A stretch of 60,646 nt of DNA from a virus (IMGVR_UViG_3300042563_003046:1-60646), one strand, 5' to 3'. Positions 48,707 through 58,037 are shown, counted from the first letter of the stretch. A program made the numbers and translations. The notes: generated by a model not told the origin, from the letters alone.

Positions 48707-49159
48707 TCAATCGTCGTCGTCTTCTGCAAGTTCACCCCAGAGCTGCTTGAGTAATTTGGTCACTCCCTTATTGTGTCGCTTGCCAGAAGTATGAACTAGC
48801 TGAACGAAAGAAAGGTTACCTCGAGACTCTTCGCGAACCATATGTGGGGTCACGCTTCGTTTACCCTGTATCCTCCATACTGCACCATAAGGCGTGATTC
48901 CGTAGTTGGGATACTCGGGGATCATACGAAGATCGAGCGGCATCGAATTGTCCTCAGGCAACTTGAACTTAGGGTTCTTGTGAAAGAGCCTAAACAAGCG
49001 TCCGTGTCCTATCGGGATCAAAGAGAAGAAACCCTTAGAGCTCCAGTGTCTCTTCAATCGTCGGCCAGTCTTCCAGTTGTAGATAAAGCCAGATTCAGTT
49101 AGAACGTAGTTTGGCAGCCCGTCAATTTGGGTGCACGATGCGGTAGTATTATCATTCAT
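48707..49159 (-). CDS. Tandem NUMOD4-like protein without HNH domain
   Basis: IDGLPNYVLTESGFIY and IPEYPNYGITPYGAVW repeats. Confidence 0.6.
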   Translation of the reverse strand: MNDNTTASCTQIDGLPNYVLTESGFIYNWKTGRRLKRHWSSKGFFSLIPIGHGRLFRLFHKNPKFKLPEDNSMPLDLRMIPEYPNYGITPYGAVWRIQGKRSVTPHMVREESRGNLSFVQLVHTSGKRHNKGVTKLLKQLWGELAEDDDD

Positions 49160-49182
49160 TTTTGTTGGTGTGGTTGTGAATA

Positions 49183-49761
49183 TCAGGCGAGTTGCTCGCC
49201 AACGTAACGGAGGTCTTCCTCCTTGTTCGCGGGAACTTTATCAGTTCGTTTTAGAATTGGCAACTTTTTTCTTTCCTTAGCTTCCAAATATCTTCGCATA
49301 AGCTCATCATCAGAGGGGGCATTAAGGGCTGACTTTTTGGCAGCCGCTCTAGATTCTCCTAGGTCTGTTAACATAGCTCCGATCCCTACAACAGTTTCTG
49401 CGGGACTAAAAAAGCCTTTTGCAAACCGTTCGGGGGCTGAAGCAATTTCAGCATCCTTATACACCTGATCAATGGCCTCCTGTCTATTCTCGGGGTTAGT
49501 CATCTCCAAAGCTTCTATGGCGCTTGCAATAGTGCCTAACGCTGGGACTCCCTTAGCCACTGGAAGTCCCTTAAGCGCTTTTTTTAACAACGTAGAACTG
49601 TTCTTGCGTAAGGCTGTGCTAGCATCTGCATACCGTTTTGTATAATCTATGGAATTTGCGATGTCACTTTCATCTACGGTTTCGCCGCTGAGCTTTCGGG
49701 CAACTGCACGGTCTACTCTATTTGCAAAACTATTATCAGATTCTTTAGGTTTAGCGGCCAT
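49183..49761 (-). CDS. Hypothetical protein, paralog of 42263..43117
   Basis: Shared ~70-aa segment. Confidence 0.65.
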   Translation of the reverse strand: MAAKPKESDNSFANRVDRAVARKLSGETVDESDIANSIDYTKRYADASTALRKNSSTLLKKALKGLPVAKGVPALGTIASAIEALEMTNPENRQEAIDQVYKDAEIASAPERFAKGFFSPAETVVGIGAMLTDLGESRAAAKKSALNAPSDDELMRRYLEAKERKKLPILKRTDKVPANKEEDLRYVGEQLA

Positions 49762-49868
49762 AAATGTGTGGTGTGACAGAGCACTATAGTTAGCCACGCG
49801 ATCTGTCAAGCACTAAGAGCTATCTTTTGTCACAAATTTGGGGGTCGGCTTGTGACAAATAACGGAAT

Positions 49869-50038
49869 CGATGTATTTACATCTCGTTGGTGCTGTAATA
49901 AATATATATTGAGAAAAAAACTTTCTATATGATGTATTGGTGCTGTAATAATTTATTAGAGCACCAATAGAATTAAAAGAAAGTTTTTAATAGTGTATAG
50001 GAAATTTATTACAGCACCACTTAAATGTAAATACATCG
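49869..50038. repeat. Nested palindromic AT-rich element containing the second 106-bp copy (49916-50021)
   Basis: cgatgtatttacat...atgtaaatacatcg outer arms; four TGGTGCT(G/C)TAATAA boxes. Confidence 0.9.
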
Positions 50039-50111
50039 GCTCAAAGGCTTGGTATTGCAGGATATTTGCTATAAATTAGCCCTATTTTTGCCAATCCCGT
50101 TAAGACATGTA

Positions 50112-50381
50112 TCATGAATCCTGTTTAGGATGGCTATAAATACGCTTAAGTGCGAGCGATTTCCGCTGTTTGCGTATCCGATCTCGGTTCACAGAGTAGT
50201 ATTTTTGGTTATATTCGCTACGAGCCCGTTTAAGGGCATCCACCTGCTCTGGCTCAAGTAGTTCCGCGAGCTCCTTAAGACGCGGTCTGCGTAGCTTGTA
50301 GCGCTCGTAGTAACCCTTCTGGTAGGCTAGACGAGTTTCACGATTGTCACGATAGTATTTTTGTTTATTTAGATTAGCCAT
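50112..50381 (-). CDS. Small basic hypothetical protein
   Basis: QKYYRDNRE / QKYYSVNRD duplication; TTGACA-N16-TATGAT promoter at 50388-50415. Confidence 0.65.
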   Translation of the reverse strand: MANLNKQKYYRDNRETRLAYQKGYYERYKLRRPRLKELAELLEPEQVDALKRARSEYNQKYYSVNRDRIRKQRKSLALKRIYSHPKQDS

Positions 50382-50787
50382 ACGCCCATCATACCCCGTC
50401 CGAGCACCCTGTCAAATTTTTTCTCATGGGGGTATATACATATGCACACCGCGCACACAAATGTGCACACCCACCCGTGGCGTATCCCCTCTTTCCCCTT
50501 ACTGATTCATGCACCATGAATCATGATTCATGCATCAGAAACAGGATTCGGGGTTCAGGGCGCGTGATGCGCACCGTTGTCTTCTTATGATACAACGGCG
50601 CTGTGCTCAAGTAACTGACAATGTATCATGTGACCTTTTTCCTGCTTCCTGATCCATGAATCCTTGATCTTAAGCCGATTTCTCACGTGACGCGTAGCAC
50701 GCAGGAACGTAGTGCTGATCGACGGTTTGCTCCTAGTTTATTGTCGGCGATGATGCCGCAATCAACAAACAAACAAACATACCTACC

Positions 50788-51462
50788 ATGACAACTAACA
50801 CCGTAATAGCAGCCGTTTCCACAGTTTCATTGATCAACCTCTCTCTTGAGGAGTTGACCACACACACTGTGGAAGCCGCGAAAGAATACGCCTCATTCCA
50901 AGAAAAGGGCTGTAAATATCTCGGCCTCTTAAGAGGTCGTCTTCACCAATTGAATGTCAGCTCTGCTGATAGCTTCAACCTCATAACTGCCAGTCTTCAG
51001 ACTGGTGGAATGGATGAAGCCCGCTCAAAGTCTGCCGTTAATAACGGCAAAGGACATTCGGAGCTTGCCCTCTATCTTCTAAGAGAAGATGGCGGTGTGG
51101 CAATCGAAGCCTCCAGATTCTACGCCGTCTCTGTAAGAGACAGCAAGGCAGTCGCCGCCTTGCTAAAGCAAGGTGATGAATTTGTCAGACAGTTCAACCG
51201 TCTCCGTCTGAAAGACGGTAAGTTGAATCTCAAGTCGTTCCTTCCGAAGGAAGTTCCCACTACTTCCAAGGAAGTAGTTGCCCCGACTGAAGATGCTACC
51301 TCTAAAGAGGTAGTTGCCCCCGTCGAAATCCCTACCTCTAAAGAGGTAACACCAAGACAAGCGATTGCTAAAGCAATTGCTGACATCACCAAGCTACTTC
51401 CGCAGCTTTCAGCTGAAGACAGAGACGCTGCTGTGTCCGCTCTTGCCAAGCTGATCGGCTAA
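50788..51462 (+). CDS. Early hypothetical protein
   Basis: First plus-strand gene after the non-coding gap; TSKEV repeats. Confidence 0.7.
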   Translation: MTTNTVIAAVSTVSLINLSLEELTTHTVEAAKEYASFQEKGCKYLGLLRGRLHQLNVSSADSFNLITASLQTGGMDEARSKSAVNNGKGHSELALYLLREDGGVAIEASRFYAVSVRDSKAVAALLKQGDEFVRQFNRLRLKDGKLNLKSFLPKEVPTTSKEVVAPTEDATSKEVVAPVEIPTSKEVTPRQAIAKAIADITKLLPQLSAEDRDAAVSALAKLIG

Positions 51463-51464
51463 GT

Positions 51465-51523
51465 CCCTTACCCTAAAGGGTAGTTTCATACTACGGTAGT
51501 ATGGAGCTACCCCTTAAGGGGTA
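51465..51523 (+). repeat. Early-region hairpin element copy 1
   Basis: Core CATACTACGGTAGTATG at 51487-51503, flanked by taccctaaagggta and taccccttaaggggta. Confidence 0.9.
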
Positions 51524-51530
51524 AATCAAA

Positions 51531-51575
51531 CATCACATCACATCACATCACATCACATCACATCACATCACATCA
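51531..51575 (+). repeat. (CATCA)9 microsatellite
   Basis: Direct reading. Confidence 0.95.
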
Positions 51576-51603
51576 CACTCACACACTCAAACACTCAAAC
51601 ATC

Positions 51604-51807
51604 ATGAAACTGACTACCATCACACTTAAGTCTTCGAAGAAGAACCTCGCATCACTTGTAATCACTTGGGCTGACAAGCACCGCCGAGTCCGCAAAGGTT
51701 ACTCTGTAACCTTTAGCATCTACCGTGATACCGTAGAAGCGGAGATCATTGCTCCAAAGGAGCAAACCGAGCTCGCCATCGCAAACCTCCGCATGATCCT
51801 AGCCTGA
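51604..51807 (+). CDS. Early hypothetical protein
   Basis: ORF between hairpin copies 1 and 2. Confidence 0.65.
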   Translation: MKLTTITLKSSKKNLASLVITWADKHRRVRKGYSVTFSIYRDTVEAEIIAPKEQTELAIANLRMILA

Positions 51808-51810
51808 ATC

Positions 51811-51869
51811 CCCTTACCCTAAAGGGTAGTTTCATACTACGGTAGTATGGAACTACCCCTTAAGGGGTA
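51811..51869 (+). repeat. Early-region hairpin element copy 2
   Basis: Core at 51833-51849. Confidence 0.9.
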
Positions 51870-51889
51870 AAAATAAATGAAAAAATATG

Positions 51890-51917
51890 TTGACCTTATG
51901 TGGAAAGCTGGTAATGT
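51890..51917 (+). promoter_or_regulatory. Early sigma70-like promoter
   Basis: A-rich UP region, TTGACC-N16-TAATGT, extended TG. Confidence 0.7.
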
Positions 51918-52003
51918 AGTTACCACTTAGCCGACAACGGCGACCAACCAACCAACCAACCACAACCAACCAACCAACCAACCAACCAACCAACCTACCT
52001 ACC

Positions 52004-52402
52004 ATGTCCACAACCACACTACCTGCCCGTTCCTGCTACTACCTCGGAAAAAACCGCAAAGGAAAGTCCCTATACCTTGGCAAGAAAGAATCCGATGACC
52101 CCGATTCCAGAGACCTCACCCTCTGGTATACTATAGGTATACCGAAGATCGACGGTTCAAACTATGTTCGAGTTCCTGCGGATGCCGAAGTCCACTACAT
52201 CAACAGCGGGATCGGGCATTCGTTCGAAAACTGGATCGCCTACCTGAGATGGCGTATCTGCATCCCGATCATGCATCCCGATTGCGCTGCCCGTATCCAG
52301 AACCACGGAGAGCAGCACCTGTTCTTCCACTCCCGTTCCATGAAGGAATGGCGCAGGATCTGGAAACAGGATGCACGTCTGAAGTCAACCATACTACGGT
52401 AG
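52004..52402 (+). CDS. Early hypothetical protein
   Basis: ORF after a (CCAA)n leader; its stop lies within hairpin copy 3. Confidence 0.65.
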   Translation: MSTTTLPARSCYYLGKNRKGKSLYLGKKESDDPDSRDLTLWYTIGIPKIDGSNYVRVPADAEVHYINSGIGHSFENWIAYLRWRICIPIMHPDCAARIQNHGEQHLFFHSRSMKEWRRIWKQDARLKSTILR

Positions 52403-52426
52403 TATAGCCCTACCCCTTAAGGGGTA
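52390..52426 (+). repeat. Early-region hairpin element copy 3 (partial)
   Basis: catactacggtagtata plus taccccttaaggggta. Confidence 0.85.
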
Positions 52427-52447
52427 AAAAATAAATGAAAAAAGTAT

Positions 52448-52475
52448 TTGACGGTAACTCATAACCTGATAATGT
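52448..52475 (+). promoter_or_regulatory. Early sigma70-like promoter
   Basis: TTGACG-N16-TAATGT; downstream leader identical to that of the 51890 promoter. Confidence 0.7.
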
Positions 52476-52528
52476 AGTTACCACTTAGCCGACAACGGCG
52501 ACCAACTAACCTACCAACTAACCTACCA

Positions 52529-53434
52529 ATGACCACTACCTACAAACCAACTGTCCCACATAGCCGACTACTCAAGGCGGCTGCTGAACTCATCCAAGGC
52601 ATCACCACTGAAGCCAAGGCAATTGTCGCCGAGAATCCAAACGGCAGCAACGCCACATGGGCTGGTGTCTTCCGCAAGCTGATCCGTCAGGCAACTGACA
52701 TCAGCTTGGATCGCCTCGAGTCCCCCGCCTTTACCATCTTCGCAGAAGACGGCAACTCCAAGCTGCCATTCGCAGCATTCTCTAGCATGGCAGTGCTCGA
52801 CTGCCCCGCCCGTGGTGCTTGTGAAAGCTGGTGCTACTCTAAGTCTGCATGGCGTAACCCCAATGCAGCGGGACGTCAGATCAGCAACTCCATGCTACTA
52901 CGTAGCGATGCGGGACGTGATCTCATTACCAAGCAGTTTGCTACCCTAAAGGGTAAGGTGCTACGACTCTACGTAGATGGTGACTTTCACTCGCAGAATA
53001 ACCTACGCTTCTGGATGGATCTGCTTAAGACTCGCCCTGAGGTAGCTTGCTACGGTTACTCTAAATCGTGGGAAATCTTCATCGGCTTGCACCTCTCCCG
53101 CTATGAGTTTCCCGCTAACTACATCCTGAATCTCTCAGGCGGTAGCAAGTATGACGACAGAGTCGGTGACTGCACCCGTGAGATCATGATGCAGCTGCCC
53201 ATCACTCGAGGCATCTTCGCAGCCTACCAAGTGCCCCGCCACCATATGACAAGCAAGGCTTACCAAAGCAAGCGTAACGAGGGACATGCAGCCTACGCTG
53301 CAGATGTCCGCAAGGCGGCAGGCAAACGGGTCTTCGTTTGTGCAGGGCGCTGCGGCGATTGCCTCCCCGATGGCACTCATGCTTGCGGTTCTGACCGCTT
53401 CCGTGGAATCGAGATCGCCATCGGTATCCACTAA
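52529..53434 (+). CDS. Gp88-like (radical-SAM-related) protein
   Basis: GNSKL, DCPARGACESWCY, LRLYVDGDF, YGYSKS, C-terminal CAGRCGDC. Confidence 0.7.
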   Translation: MTTTYKPTVPHSRLLKAAAELIQGITTEAKAIVAENPNGSNATWAGVFRKLIRQATDISLDRLESPAFTIFAEDGNSKLPFAAFSSMAVLDCPARGACESWCYSKSAWRNPNAAGRQISNSMLLRSDAGRDLITKQFATLKGKVLRLYVDGDFHSQNNLRFWMDLLKTRPEVACYGYSKSWEIFIGLHLSRYEFPANYILNLSGGSKYDDRVGDCTREIMMQLPITRGIFAAYQVPRHHMTSKAYQSKRNEGHAAYAADVRKAAGKRVFVCAGRCGDCLPDGTHACGSDRFRGIEIAIGIH

Positions 53435-53476
53435 CCCCCTAAAGGGGAGTTCATACTACGGTAGTATGAGCTCCCC
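53435..53476 (+). repeat. Early-region hairpin element copy 4
   Basis: ggggagttcatactacggtagtatgagctcccc. Confidence 0.9.
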
Positions 53477-53506
53477 AAACATTCTCCAACACATACACAT
53501 ACACAT

Positions 53507-53755
53507 ATGATACCAACACCAACACACGAATTCCACCCCACCTTCACACCTCAGGAAATCTTTGCTCGAGACCAGCGAGCCCTCGCCTACCTCACAGGTA
53601 TCGACGCAGCCCGAGGTCACAAGGACGGGACATCAGCCCTGAAACCTGCACCCCTAACCATCCTTAGTGTTCCCTACCTAATACCCGCTGCAGTTCTGAA
53701 GCACATGGTAGAGCGTGTGTCCATCACACTGGAACACATCACCCGTAACCTGTAA
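53507..53755 (+). CDS. Early hypothetical protein
   Basis: ORF after an A/C leader. Confidence 0.6.
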   Translation: MIPTPTHEFHPTFTPQEIFARDQRALAYLTGIDAARGHKDGTSALKPAPLTILSVPYLIPAAVLKHMVERVSITLEHITRNL

Positions 53756-53760
53756 CCCGT

Positions 53761-54117
53761 ATGAAAGTCCGCATCTACTTCAACCTACACCGCAAGCTCT
53801 TCACGATCCAGCGCCGAACCCCCAAGGGCTGGCGTGTGGCTAGTCATGCACGGGTTATAAGCCTGAGCTTCCCCCAGTTCAAGGTCAGCGAGGCTGGCAG
53901 GCAGCGTGTGCTCCGCGAGAAGCGCAAGAATGTCCATGCCTTCGTCGAGGGCTACCACGAGCTAGCCTACATGCAGCTCGAGGAGATGCAGCGTGTGACC
54001 TACAACCCCTACAAGTGTGGGTCGTTCGTCATCGCTGAGACACAGCAGCCTGTCAGCGATGGGCGCTACCTCATCGGCACTGTCACGGACGGCAAGCCTA
54101 CCCTCCATGTCCTGTGA
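53761..54117 (+). CDS. Conserved phage early protein
   Basis: YFNLH...FKVSEAGRQRVLREKRKNVHAFV...VTYNPYK motif set. Confidence 0.8.
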   Translation: MKVRIYFNLHRKLFTIQRRTPKGWRVASHARVISLSFPQFKVSEAGRQRVLREKRKNVHAFVEGYHELAYMQLEEMQRVTYNPYKCGSFVIAETQQPVSDGRYLIGTVTDGKPTLHVL

Positions 54118-54153
54118 TTCGAACCGACCTTAAAAAAATATTGAAAAAAGAAT

Positions 54154-54181
54154 TTGACACTATCTCAAAACCTGATAACTT
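54154..54181 (+). promoter_or_regulatory. Early sigma70-like promoter
   Basis: TTGACA-N16-TAACTT, extended TG, UP element. Confidence 0.7.
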
Positions 54182-54229
54182 AATAACTCATTCGCAACCA
54201 ACACCAACCAACACCAACTGAAACTGAAT

Positions 54230-55318
54230 ATGAATTATCCAATCGTTAACAACACAGCCGACCTCGCCGCATTCGCCACCATGGCACGTGACACCCGCCG
54301 CATCCTTGCCCTGTATGGACAAGGCGGTGTGGGTAAAACCACCGTGGCGGAAACGGTAATCGCTCCCGCCCTGAACATCAACCCCAACCGTGTCTATGTG
54401 GTCAACCACTCTGGGTCTGCACCCAGCGAGGTCAAGGGCACTGGCGTCCCTGACATGGTGACCCGTGAGATGTGGTTCGGCAAGCCGCTCAACGTTCCAC
54501 TCTACGAACGTATCGGTGATGCACCTGCACTGCTAGTGCTCGACGAGTATCCCGAGTGGGACGGCGCTGTGCAGTCCCTCTGCCGCTCGCTCTTCCAGCC
54601 TACTGGCAGCCGACCTAAGATCGGTTCACATGAGCTGAGCGCTAACACAGTGATCATGGTCACTGGCAATCGCCGCATCGACGGCAGCCGTTCATCTGTG
54701 CCGAGCGCCCCGTTCGTAGAGCGCTGCTTGTCCATCATATGGCAGCCAACCCTCGACCAGTGGCTCGACTGGGCTGCCGCTAACGGACTAGGTGCAAGCC
54801 CCATCTACACCTTCCTCCGCTTCAACGGTCTCGACCAGCGTGGTAAGGAGGGCGACTTCTTCTGCCCACCTGTGCAGCAACCATGGAACGGTGATGCCCA
54901 CCCCTGCCCTCGGCAATGGGAGGCTGCCTGTCAGCTCGATGACAACTCACCCCTGTTCTCCCTTGCCCTCTGGGGCTTAGTAGGTGAGGCCGCCAGCAAG
55001 GCTGCCTATGCCTTCACCGAGACGGTAGCCAAGCTGCTGCCTACTCTCGCCCTTCTCCGACAAGGTGGTGCTACCATGCCCACCGATCCGTCAACACAAT
55101 TTGCCCTCATGCACTGTGCATTGAGACAAGCGAAGCGGGAGTCAAGTGCCGATGTCGAGGCTGCTGTGGTAGGTGGCTCACTCGACTGGCTCGTCAACAT
55201 GATGCTCACCGTCCGTGGTGAGATCCGTGAATGGGCATACCGCACTGCGGTATCTCCTGCCTGCGGCATCCCACTGCAGATGCATCATCAACGACACCTC
55301 CTGCAACAGGGGATCTAA
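54230..55318 (+). CDS. MoxR-like AAA+ ATPase
   Basis: GQGGVGKT, LLVLDE, VTGNR, PCPRQWE. Confidence 0.85.
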   Translation: MNYPIVNNTADLAAFATMARDTRRILALYGQGGVGKTTVAETVIAPALNINPNRVYVVNHSGSAPSEVKGTGVPDMVTREMWFGKPLNVPLYERIGDAPALLVLDEYPEWDGAVQSLCRSLFQPTGSRPKIGSHELSANTVIMVTGNRRIDGSRSSVPSAPFVERCLSIIWQPTLDQWLDWAAANGLGASPIYTFLRFNGLDQRGKEGDFFCPPVQQPWNGDAHPCPRQWEAACQLDDNSPLFSLALWGLVGEAASKAAYAFTETVAKLLPTLALLRQGGATMPTDPSTQFALMHCALRQAKRESSADVEAAVVGGSLDWLVNMMLTVRGEIREWAYRTAVSPACGIPLQMHHQRHLLQQGI

Positions 55319-55319
55319 T

Positions 55320-55359
55320 CCCCTACGGGGTGTTCATACTACGGTAGTATGGACATCCC
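55320..55359 (+). repeat. Early-region hairpin element copy 5
   Basis: ggggtgttcatactacggtagtatggacatccc. Confidence 0.9.
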
Positions 55360-55432
55360 ACCAACCCTCTCACATCACATGCTTAACAACACAACCAACA
55401 ATACGTTTGACAACATCAACACCAATACACAT

Positions 55433-56314
55433 ATGAATACCAACGACATGAACCTGAACACCATCAACTCCATCGTATCCGCTCGCCTCATCACTGGCAA
55501 GCCTGCCATCAGCGCAGCGCTAGAGCGTCAGCATCACCACATCATCGCTGCCTCTGGCGCTGAGTCCAGTGCAGTTCGTGCCCCAAGTGCCCGCCTCTTC
55601 GCCAAGGGTGGTCTCGTTAGCGATGCCTTCAACATCGTCAACGGCATGGGCGTCTACCTCCGCAAGAAAGGAAACTCCGTGCCTGACATGGCTGGCACTA
55701 CCTACCAGCTCGCCACTGACATCGATGAGATCCAGCGTGAGTTCGACACACGCCGCGACCAACTCGATGCGCTGATCGCTCAGATCCGCAACCACTACGA
55801 GTCACTCGTAGCCAGCGGCATGGCATCACTCGGCTACCTCCGCATGGAGGTCGAGTATCCTGCAGTCGAGCAGTTCCTCTCGGACTTCCGCTTCGAGCTG
55901 CGCTGGCTGGGTCAACCTGCTGGTATCGAGGGCACTGTCCTTGGTGCTGTGTCTCGTGAGACTGCCGCCCGTATCCGTGCCTCCTCTGCACAGAACGCTA
56001 ACAGTATGCTCACCGAGGCTCACCTTAACCTGATCTCAACGGCCGTCGAAGAGATGGGCGATGTGGTCACTGCCCTGACCCAAGGCAAGCGCCTAAGACA
56101 AGAGCGCCTTGACAAGCTCGCCAAGTTGTCCGACGATCTTCAACGTAAGAACTGGCTGCAGCTGCCAGCTATCTCCGCACTGGCTGACAAGCTCCGCCAG
56201 TTACATGTCCAAGCGGACGAGCTCCCAACGGAGGACGACCGCAAGAATCACGCTAAGCAGATCGCCGCTGCACAACGGCAGGCATCCGCTACTCTCGCAG
56301 AACTCGGGCTGTAA
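55433..56314 (+). CDS. Helical protein between AAA ATPase and vWA protein (DUF3150-like)
   Basis: YPAVEQFLSDFRF motif, coiled coil, synteny; start uncertain. Confidence 0.6.
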   Translation: MNTNDMNLNTINSIVSARLITGKPAISAALERQHHHIIAASGAESSAVRAPSARLFAKGGLVSDAFNIVNGMGVYLRKKGNSVPDMAGTTYQLATDIDEIQREFDTRRDQLDALIAQIRNHYESLVASGMASLGYLRMEVEYPAVEQFLSDFRFELRWLGQPAGIEGTVLGAVSRETAARIRASSAQNANSMLTEAHLNLISTAVEEMGDVVTALTQGKRLRQERLDKLAKLSDDLQRKNWLQLPAISALADKLRQLHVQADELPTEDDRKNHAKQIAAAQRQASATLAELGL

Positions 56315-56362
56315 CCCGAGCCCTGCTCCCTGAATCCTGAACCACTAATACTGAAACTGAAT

Positions 56363-57922
56363 ATGAACGCCTACCAATACGACTTCAATACACTCGACAT
56401 CTACACTCGTGCCATGCGTCGAGTGTCCCGCTACGGACAGCTTGCCTACGGTAAGCTGCTGAGCCTCCGCCTAAGAGCGACCAAGGATACCCCCTACGGG
56501 GCAACCGATGGACGCACGTTATACCTCAACCCTGATGGGTTACATACTCTGGAGCGGACATCAGACCCCGTGGGTTACACTGCCTTCCTGCTAGTGCACG
56601 AGGCGCTGCATGCCCAGCTGTCACATGCTACTCGCTTGAGACACCTGTCCGACCAACAGACAGTCAACATCGCAGCTGACTATGTCATCAACGCAATGAT
56701 CGTGGAGATGAACCGCTCGGCGCTACATGCTGGTGCGAAGACCGCTCCCTTCCCACTCATCGACCGAGTGCTAATCGATGAGGCGCTGAGCCAAGACCGC
56801 CACGTGGTCGAGCTCTACAACATCCTCAAGGTCGAGGCTGCTAAGCAACAGCAGCAACCGCAACCGCAACCGCAACCACAACCGCAACCGCAAGATGATG
56901 CACCCGAGGATGCACAACCCAGTGACAGCGGTGACAGCGAAGGCGACAGTGACAGCGGTGACAGCGGTGACAGCGGTCAAGGCACTGGTGGCGACAGCGA
57001 TGGTGACGGTGACGGTGATGGTGACGGTGACGGTGATGGTGACGGTGACGGTGATGGTGATGGTGATGGTGATGGTGATGGTGACGATGGCACTGGCACT
57101 GGTGGTGACAGCGCAGGTGGCAAGGGCGATGGGCAAGATGACCAGAGCAATGGCAAGAGCAAGACCGCTGCCGAGGCTGACAGCGACATCCTCGGTGAGT
57201 GGGTAGGCACTAGCACTAGCAAAGGTGACCTAGCCCAACCCCAACTCGAAGAGGGTGAGACCATGGCTGACTTTGAGAACTCGGTTGATAAGGTTAACGA
57301 GTCTATCGAGCTACAAGATAAGCTCAGCGCCAGTGCTGGTATCGGTGATGGCGCTCTGCGGGAGATGGCCAAGCAACGCAGACGCTGGGCAGGTCTGGAC
57401 TGGACTGAGTATGTCCGCCAGTGGATGACCGACCGTCTCGACAACGGGTGGAACAAGCCGCTCAACGTCAGCACCTTCGCTACTACTGGTCTCGTAGAAG
57501 ATGACCGCAGCATCAACAACATGGGTGAGCTTGCAGTAGTGATCGATACATCCATCAGCGTTCCCGCCTCGGTTGTCCGTGAGATGCTAGACGCTACACA
57601 GGATGCACTCAACACCTTAGCTCCCCGATGCATCCACCTACTGAGCGCCGACCACAGGGTGCAAGAGCATCACGAGCTGACCGCTGGTGATACAGTCCCG
57701 ACAACCCTCAAGGGTGGTGGTGGCACACTGTTCGCTCCTGTCTTCAAGTTCCTTGCTGAGAACGCACCGAACATCGATGGCATCCTGTTCCTCACGGATG
57801 GTGAAGCAGCCGACTGGTCTAGCGTAGCTGACCCACAAGTGCCAGTGCTCTGGCTCGACTGGAACTCATACCGTGTGATTACATACCCATTCGGCGAAGT
57901 CATTAAAGTCAGCGTCAAATAA
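56363..57922 (+). CDS. Metallopeptidase-vWA protein (DUF2201-like)
   Basis: ATDG, HEALH, NIAADYVIN; MIDAS DTSIS, GGGT, LTDG; (QP)n and (GD)n linker. Confidence 0.88.
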   Translation: MNAYQYDFNTLDIYTRAMRRVSRYGQLAYGKLLSLRLRATKDTPYGATDGRTLYLNPDGLHTLERTSDPVGYTAFLLVHEALHAQLSHATRLRHLSDQQTVNIAADYVINAMIVEMNRSALHAGAKTAPFPLIDRVLIDEALSQDRHVVELYNILKVEAAKQQQQPQPQPQPQPQPQDDAPEDAQPSDSGDSEGDSDSGDSGDSGQGTGGDSDGDGDGDGDGDGDGDGDGDGDGDGDGDGDDGTGTGGDSAGGKGDGQDDQSNGKSKTAAEADSDILGEWVGTSTSKGDLAQPQLEEGETMADFENSVDKVNESIELQDKLSASAGIGDGALREMAKQRRRWAGLDWTEYVRQWMTDRLDNGWNKPLNVSTFATTGLVEDDRSINNMGELAVVIDTSISVPASVVREMLDATQDALNTLAPRCIHLLSADHRVQEHHELTAGDTVPTTLKGGGGTLFAPVFKFLAENAPNIDGILFLTDGEAADWSSVADPQVPVLWLDWNSYRVITYPFGEVIKVSVK

Positions 57923-57923
57923 T

Positions 57924-58010
57924 ATGAAGGACTTCATTCTCGGTATGCTGGGCGCCTTAGTCCCAGTCCTCCTCTTCATTATCTTAACCGTGTTCCTTTC
58001 ACGTATCTGA
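57924..58010 (+). CDS. 28-aa single-pass membrane peptide
   Basis: MKDFILGMLGALVPVLLFIILTVFLSRI, starting 1 nt after the vWA stop. Confidence 0.45.
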   Translation: MKDFILGMLGALVPVLLFIILTVFLSRI

Positions 58011-58037
58011 ATCAAACCAATATTACATCAACAACCA

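Noticed and set aside
51465-55359. Repeated palindromes as a CRISPR array
   Set aside because: Spacing is irregular (0.35-1.9 kb), the intervals are whole genes, and there is no cas operon.
56771-57633. Alternative-frame ORFs with VT/SP dipeptide runs
   Set aside because: They are by-products of the GGTGAY repeat encoding the (GD)n linker.
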